A DNA stretch of 64,000 nucleotides. Source: an uncultured Candidatus Rokubacteria bacterium (lineage in GTDB: Bacteria; Methylomirabilota; Methylomirabilia; Rokubacteriales; DASRDR01). The translations under genes and the position numbers were made by a program. Positions 61,150 to 64,000 of this stretch are shown piece after piece (the first letter of the stretch is position 1; each line of letters begins with the position of its first letter). The stretch covers positions 320,001 through 384,000 of the forward strand of contig CAVPSB010000014.1 of the NCBI GenBank assembly GCA_963708025.1, in the 5' to 3' direction. A model generated the notes under the pieces. That model had not been told where the DNA came from and searched no databases. It worked only from the letters and a program-made list of their open reading frames with translations.

Positions 61150-62085
61150 TCAGTCGGAGGAGAGGGCGCCGGCGGGCGTGGCGGTCGCGGCGAGATACTC
61201 CATGCCGCTCCGGCCGAACGCGAACCCGTTGCAGAAGCCGACCCGGGCGTGACGGCGGAGAGTCTCCCACCACCGCGGCTCGATCGCCCGGTCGCCGGCC
61301 AGCGCGCGCGCGAGCGCCTCCCGGTAGACGGCCCCCACCTCGGCCCGGTAGGCCGGGCTCTCCGAGGCCGCCTCGATGCGGAAGTGGCGGTGGCCGGCGG
61401 CGAGCAGGCGCGGCAGGTGCTCGAGGAGACAGACGTCGCGGCCGCTCAGGATCCCGGTGCCGACCGACTTCAGGCTCCAGTCCTCCCGCTGGAGGAACAC
61501 CTCCCGCTGGCAGAGATCGGGGCAGCGCACCCCCCAGGCCGGCGCGTGCTCCAGGAGGATGCAGGAATCCGACACCCCGAGAGACACCTTGCCGTGGACC
61601 GGGAGCTCCAGCGGGACGGAGCCGGCCGCGCCCATCGCGTCGACCTCGTCGAGCGTCACCTCGTGACTCGGCGTGACCCGGGCCACGCCGAGCGACGCGA
61701 GCGCCTCGAGCGCGGCGTCCGTGTAGACGCCGGCCAGGCTGCCGACGTGGAGGGGGAGGCCGGGGCCCGTCTCGCGGGCGAGGGCGAGGAGCCCGAGTGC
61801 GTGGACCTCCACCGCGTCCACGGCCTCCTCGGCCGCCACCTCGAGGGCGCGCCGGAGCACCGGCAGCGTCTCGTTGCGGGTCGCCGCGTACGTCGTGAGC
61901 CGCGGTCGCTTGCCGAGGGCCCGCACCAGGCGGATGGCCTCGCGCAGCTCGGCCGGCCGCTCCAGCAGATTGCCCTCGTAGAGCCGGCAGTAAACGTTGC
62001 CGAGGTAGACGGCGTCGTACGGGCCGAGATCCGACTCGCGGAGGTGGCGAAGGTTCGACACAGTCGTGCTCAGCTCGATGGTCAT
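61150..62085 (-). CDS. U32-family Fe-S protein, UbiV-like
   Basis: DAVYLGNVYC, VHGKVSLGVSDSC, CPDLC, CLLEHL, FRIE. Confidence 0.8.
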   Translation of the reverse strand: MTIELSTTVSNLRHLRESDLGPYDAVYLGNVYCRLYEGNLLERPAELREAIRLVRALGKRPRLTTYAATRNETLPVLRRALEVAAEEAVDAVEVHALGLLALARETGPGLPLHVGSLAGVYTDAALEALASLGVARVTPSHEVTLDEVDAMGAAGSVPLELPVHGKVSLGVSDSCILLEHAPAWGVRCPDLCQREVFLQREDWSLKSVGTGILSGRDVCLLEHLPRLLAAGHRHFRIEAASESPAYRAEVGAVYREALARALAGDRAIEPRWWETLRRHARVGFCNGFAFGRSGMEYLAATATPAGALSSD

Positions 62086-62092
62086 CACCCGC

Positions 62093-63001
62093 TCATCGCC
62101 CGACCACGGTCCACTGGGCCGGCAGCTCCGGCTCGGGCGGATCGGGCCAGGGCGTGCCGGCGCCCGCCGCGTCGAGGGCCCGGCGGTAGCGGGCCACGAG
62201 GGGCCCGAGCAGCACCGGCGGGAGGCTCCGGCCCTGGAGCTTGAGGACGCCCACGCCGGCCGCGAGGTAGCCGGCGACGTCCGTCAGCCGCGAGATCTGG
62301 CGGCCCGGGAACCTCTGCGCGGCCCGGTAGCCGTCGCCGGTCGTCAGCTCCCACGGCTGCTGGCAGATCCGGAAGCACGCCCCGACGCCGCCCCGCTTCA
62401 TGCTGCCCGTTTGCCGCAGGCCGTCCGCCACGTCGTCGGGCAGCGCGGTCGGCTTGAGGTGCACGTAGCTCGGCATCCAGCACTTCCCGAGGAGGAGGAA
62501 CTCCTCGACCATGTGGAGCATCACCTCGACGGTGACGCCGCCGGCCGCGACGCAGGCGGCGGCCTCGTCGGGACCGATCGTGCCGGGGAGCACGACCGCG
62601 GCCGCGCCGAGCTCCCGGAAGAACGCCACGTCGGCCGCGGTCTGGGCGCCGCAGCCGATGCTCGCCGTCACCCGGAGCGCCGGGAACCGGCGAGGCAGGG
62701 TGGCCACGAGGCCGAGGTCGTTGACGATCAGCGTGCGGACGCCGAGGTCGAGGAGGCGCGGGATCTCGGCGAGAAGCGCCGCGCGCTCGGGCGGGCGGGG
62801 GATCGTGTTGATCGCAACCTGGATCTCGGCGCCCCGCACCGTCGCGCGCCGGACCGCGGCCGCCAGCTCATCCCGGTCCAGCTCGCCGCGGGCCCCCCCG
62901 CGGCTCCAGCCCTTGAGGCCGACGTAGACGGCGTCGGCGCCGGCCTCGAGCGCGGCGTCCAGGGCCTCGGGACTTCCGGCGGGGGCGAGGAGGAGGGCCA
63001 T
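62093..63001 (-). CDS. U32-family Fe-S protein, UbiU-like
   Basis: LLAPAGS…GADAVYVG, INT, DLG, GKCWMPSY, CFRIC, LKLQGR. Confidence 0.85.
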   Translation of the reverse strand: MALLLAPAGSPEALDAALEAGADAVYVGLKGWSRGGARGELDRDELAAAVRRATVRGAEIQVAINTIPRPPERAALLAEIPRLLDLGVRTLIVNDLGLVATLPRRFPALRVTASIGCGAQTAADVAFFRELGAAAVVLPGTIGPDEAAACVAAGGVTVEVMLHMVEEFLLLGKCWMPSYVHLKPTALPDDVADGLRQTGSMKRGGVGACFRICQQPWELTTGDGYRAAQRFPGRQISRLTDVAGYLAAGVGVLKLQGRSLPPVLLGPLVARYRRALDAAGAGTPWPDPPEPELPAQWTVVGR

Positions 63002-63088
63002 GACGCCGTCAGCGTCCGGGAAAGGCGGCGGGAAGTCAAGCACCGGCCGGCTGCGGCCAGAGGTCGAGGTCCATCTCCTCCAGTGACT

Positions 63089-63176
63089 AGGGGTCAATAG
63101 ATAGATTGCAGGTCGAACGACTGCATGGATCGCTCGTCGGAGCGAAGCGAGGCATGCAGTTGTTTCCTTGGCCCCT
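63089..63176 (+). other. Nested stem-loop element (possible ncRNA or REP/MITE)
   Basis: Stems AGGGGTCAA/TTGGCCCCT, AACGACTGCATG/CATGCAGTTGTT and TCGCTC/GAGCGA. Confidence 0.55.
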
Positions 63177-63238
63177 CCGTTCGACAAGTACGTTCGCCGA
63201 CGGGCACTCTTGCAGTTTCGCCGGCACCGGCGCCGTCG

Positions 63239-64000
63239 CTACCGAAACAGGCGCGAGACGCTCGAACCGTCGTGGATGGCATGAATCGCGTCTGCGAAGA
63301 GCCGCGCCACCGACTTGACTTGGATCTTGGCGATGCGCTTGCGCGCCGGGAGCGGGAGGGTGTCTGTCACCACGAGCTGGCGAAGCGGTGAGGCCTCGAT
63401 GCGCTCGATGGCCTTCCCCGACAGCACGGCGTGGACGACACAGGCTTCCGCCGCGACCGCGCCATGCTCGAGCACGAAGCGCGCCGCCTCGACGAGGGTT
63501 CCACCGCTCGCCACCTCGTCATCGACGATGAGGGCGACTTTTCCCTCGACGTCACCGATCAGATTCACCGCGCGCGCGATCTCGTCGTCCCCGTAGCGCC
63601 GCTTGTCCACAATCGCGATCGGCAAGTCCAAGCGGGCCGCGTAGTGGCCGACGTCTTTCGACTCGCCCACGTCGCCAGCGACGAGCACGTAGTTCGCGAG
63701 GTCACGGCTCTCGCGCAGGTAGCCGCACAGGATCGGCGCGGCCTGGAGCTGGTCAACCGGGATGTGAAAAAAGCCCTGCACCTGAGGCGAGTGCAGGTTC
63801 ATGGTGAGGATGCGGTTGGCGCCGGCCGTTTGCAGCAGGTCCGCCATGAGGCGCGCGGCAATCGAGATGCGGGGCCGATCCTTCTTGTCAGAGCGCGCGT
63901 AGGGGAAGTATGGCAGCACGGCGGTGATGCGCCCCGCAGACGCGTGCCTGAGGGCGTCGATCGTCATCAGCAACTCGATGATTCCGTCCGAGACCGGCGG
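63239..64000 (-). CDS. prs: Ribose-phosphate pyrophosphokinase; 5' end outside the window
   Basis: PYFPYARSDKK, LHSPQVQGFF, DKRR, IVDDEVASGGT, VVTDT. Confidence 0.93.
   Translation of the reverse strand, partial: PPVSDGIIELLMTIDALRHASAGRITAVLPYFPYARSDKKDRPRISIAARLMADLLQTAGANRILTMNLHSPQVQGFFHIPVDQLQAAPILCGYLRESRDLANYVLVAGDVGESKDVGHYAARLDLPIAIVDKRRYGDDEIARAVNLIGDVEGKVALIVDDEVASGGTLVEAARFVLEHGAVAAEACVVHAVLSGKAIERIEASPLRQLVVTDTLPLPARKRIAKIQVKSVARLFADAIHAIHDGSSVSRLFR

Overview
Very GC-rich bacterial DNA, densely coding, dominated by transport and catabolic genes. Transporters: a TctABC tripartite transporter, a TAXI/TRAP-like binding protein, sugar, amino-acid, polyamine-type and two peptide-type ABC systems, an MFS and a CPA2 antiporter. 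Enzymes: two enolase-superfamily proteins, two ketopantoate-reductase-family proteins, a Rieske oxygenase, an OYE-type flavoprotein, an aldehyde:ferredoxin oxidoreductase, a PhyH/PhnY-like dioxygenase, a desaturase, a UbiU/UbiV-like U32 pair and a partial prs. Also present: a planctomycete-type PSCyt2/PSD1 + DUF1501 pair, an MCP, and a kinase with two receiver proteins. The gene content resembles Ca. Rokubacteria/Methylomirabilota (inference only). Many genes in the first ~38.5 kb are broken by short indels, most likely sequencing errors. I saw no rRNA, tRNA, CRISPR array or intact integrase/transposase. Most unusual signals: (i) REP-like intergenic hairpins whose loop optionally carries an exact 19-nt mini-hairpin module (7 copies, 0-3 per host, two host types); (ii) a ~4.6-kb integrase-free cargo block bounded by a diverged duplication of an SDR 3' end and containing an IS91-like transposase relic; (iii) a UbiU/UbiV-like pair outside any ubiquinone context; (iv) numerous orphan gene stubs. 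All family calls come from motif recognition by eye; no database searches were run.
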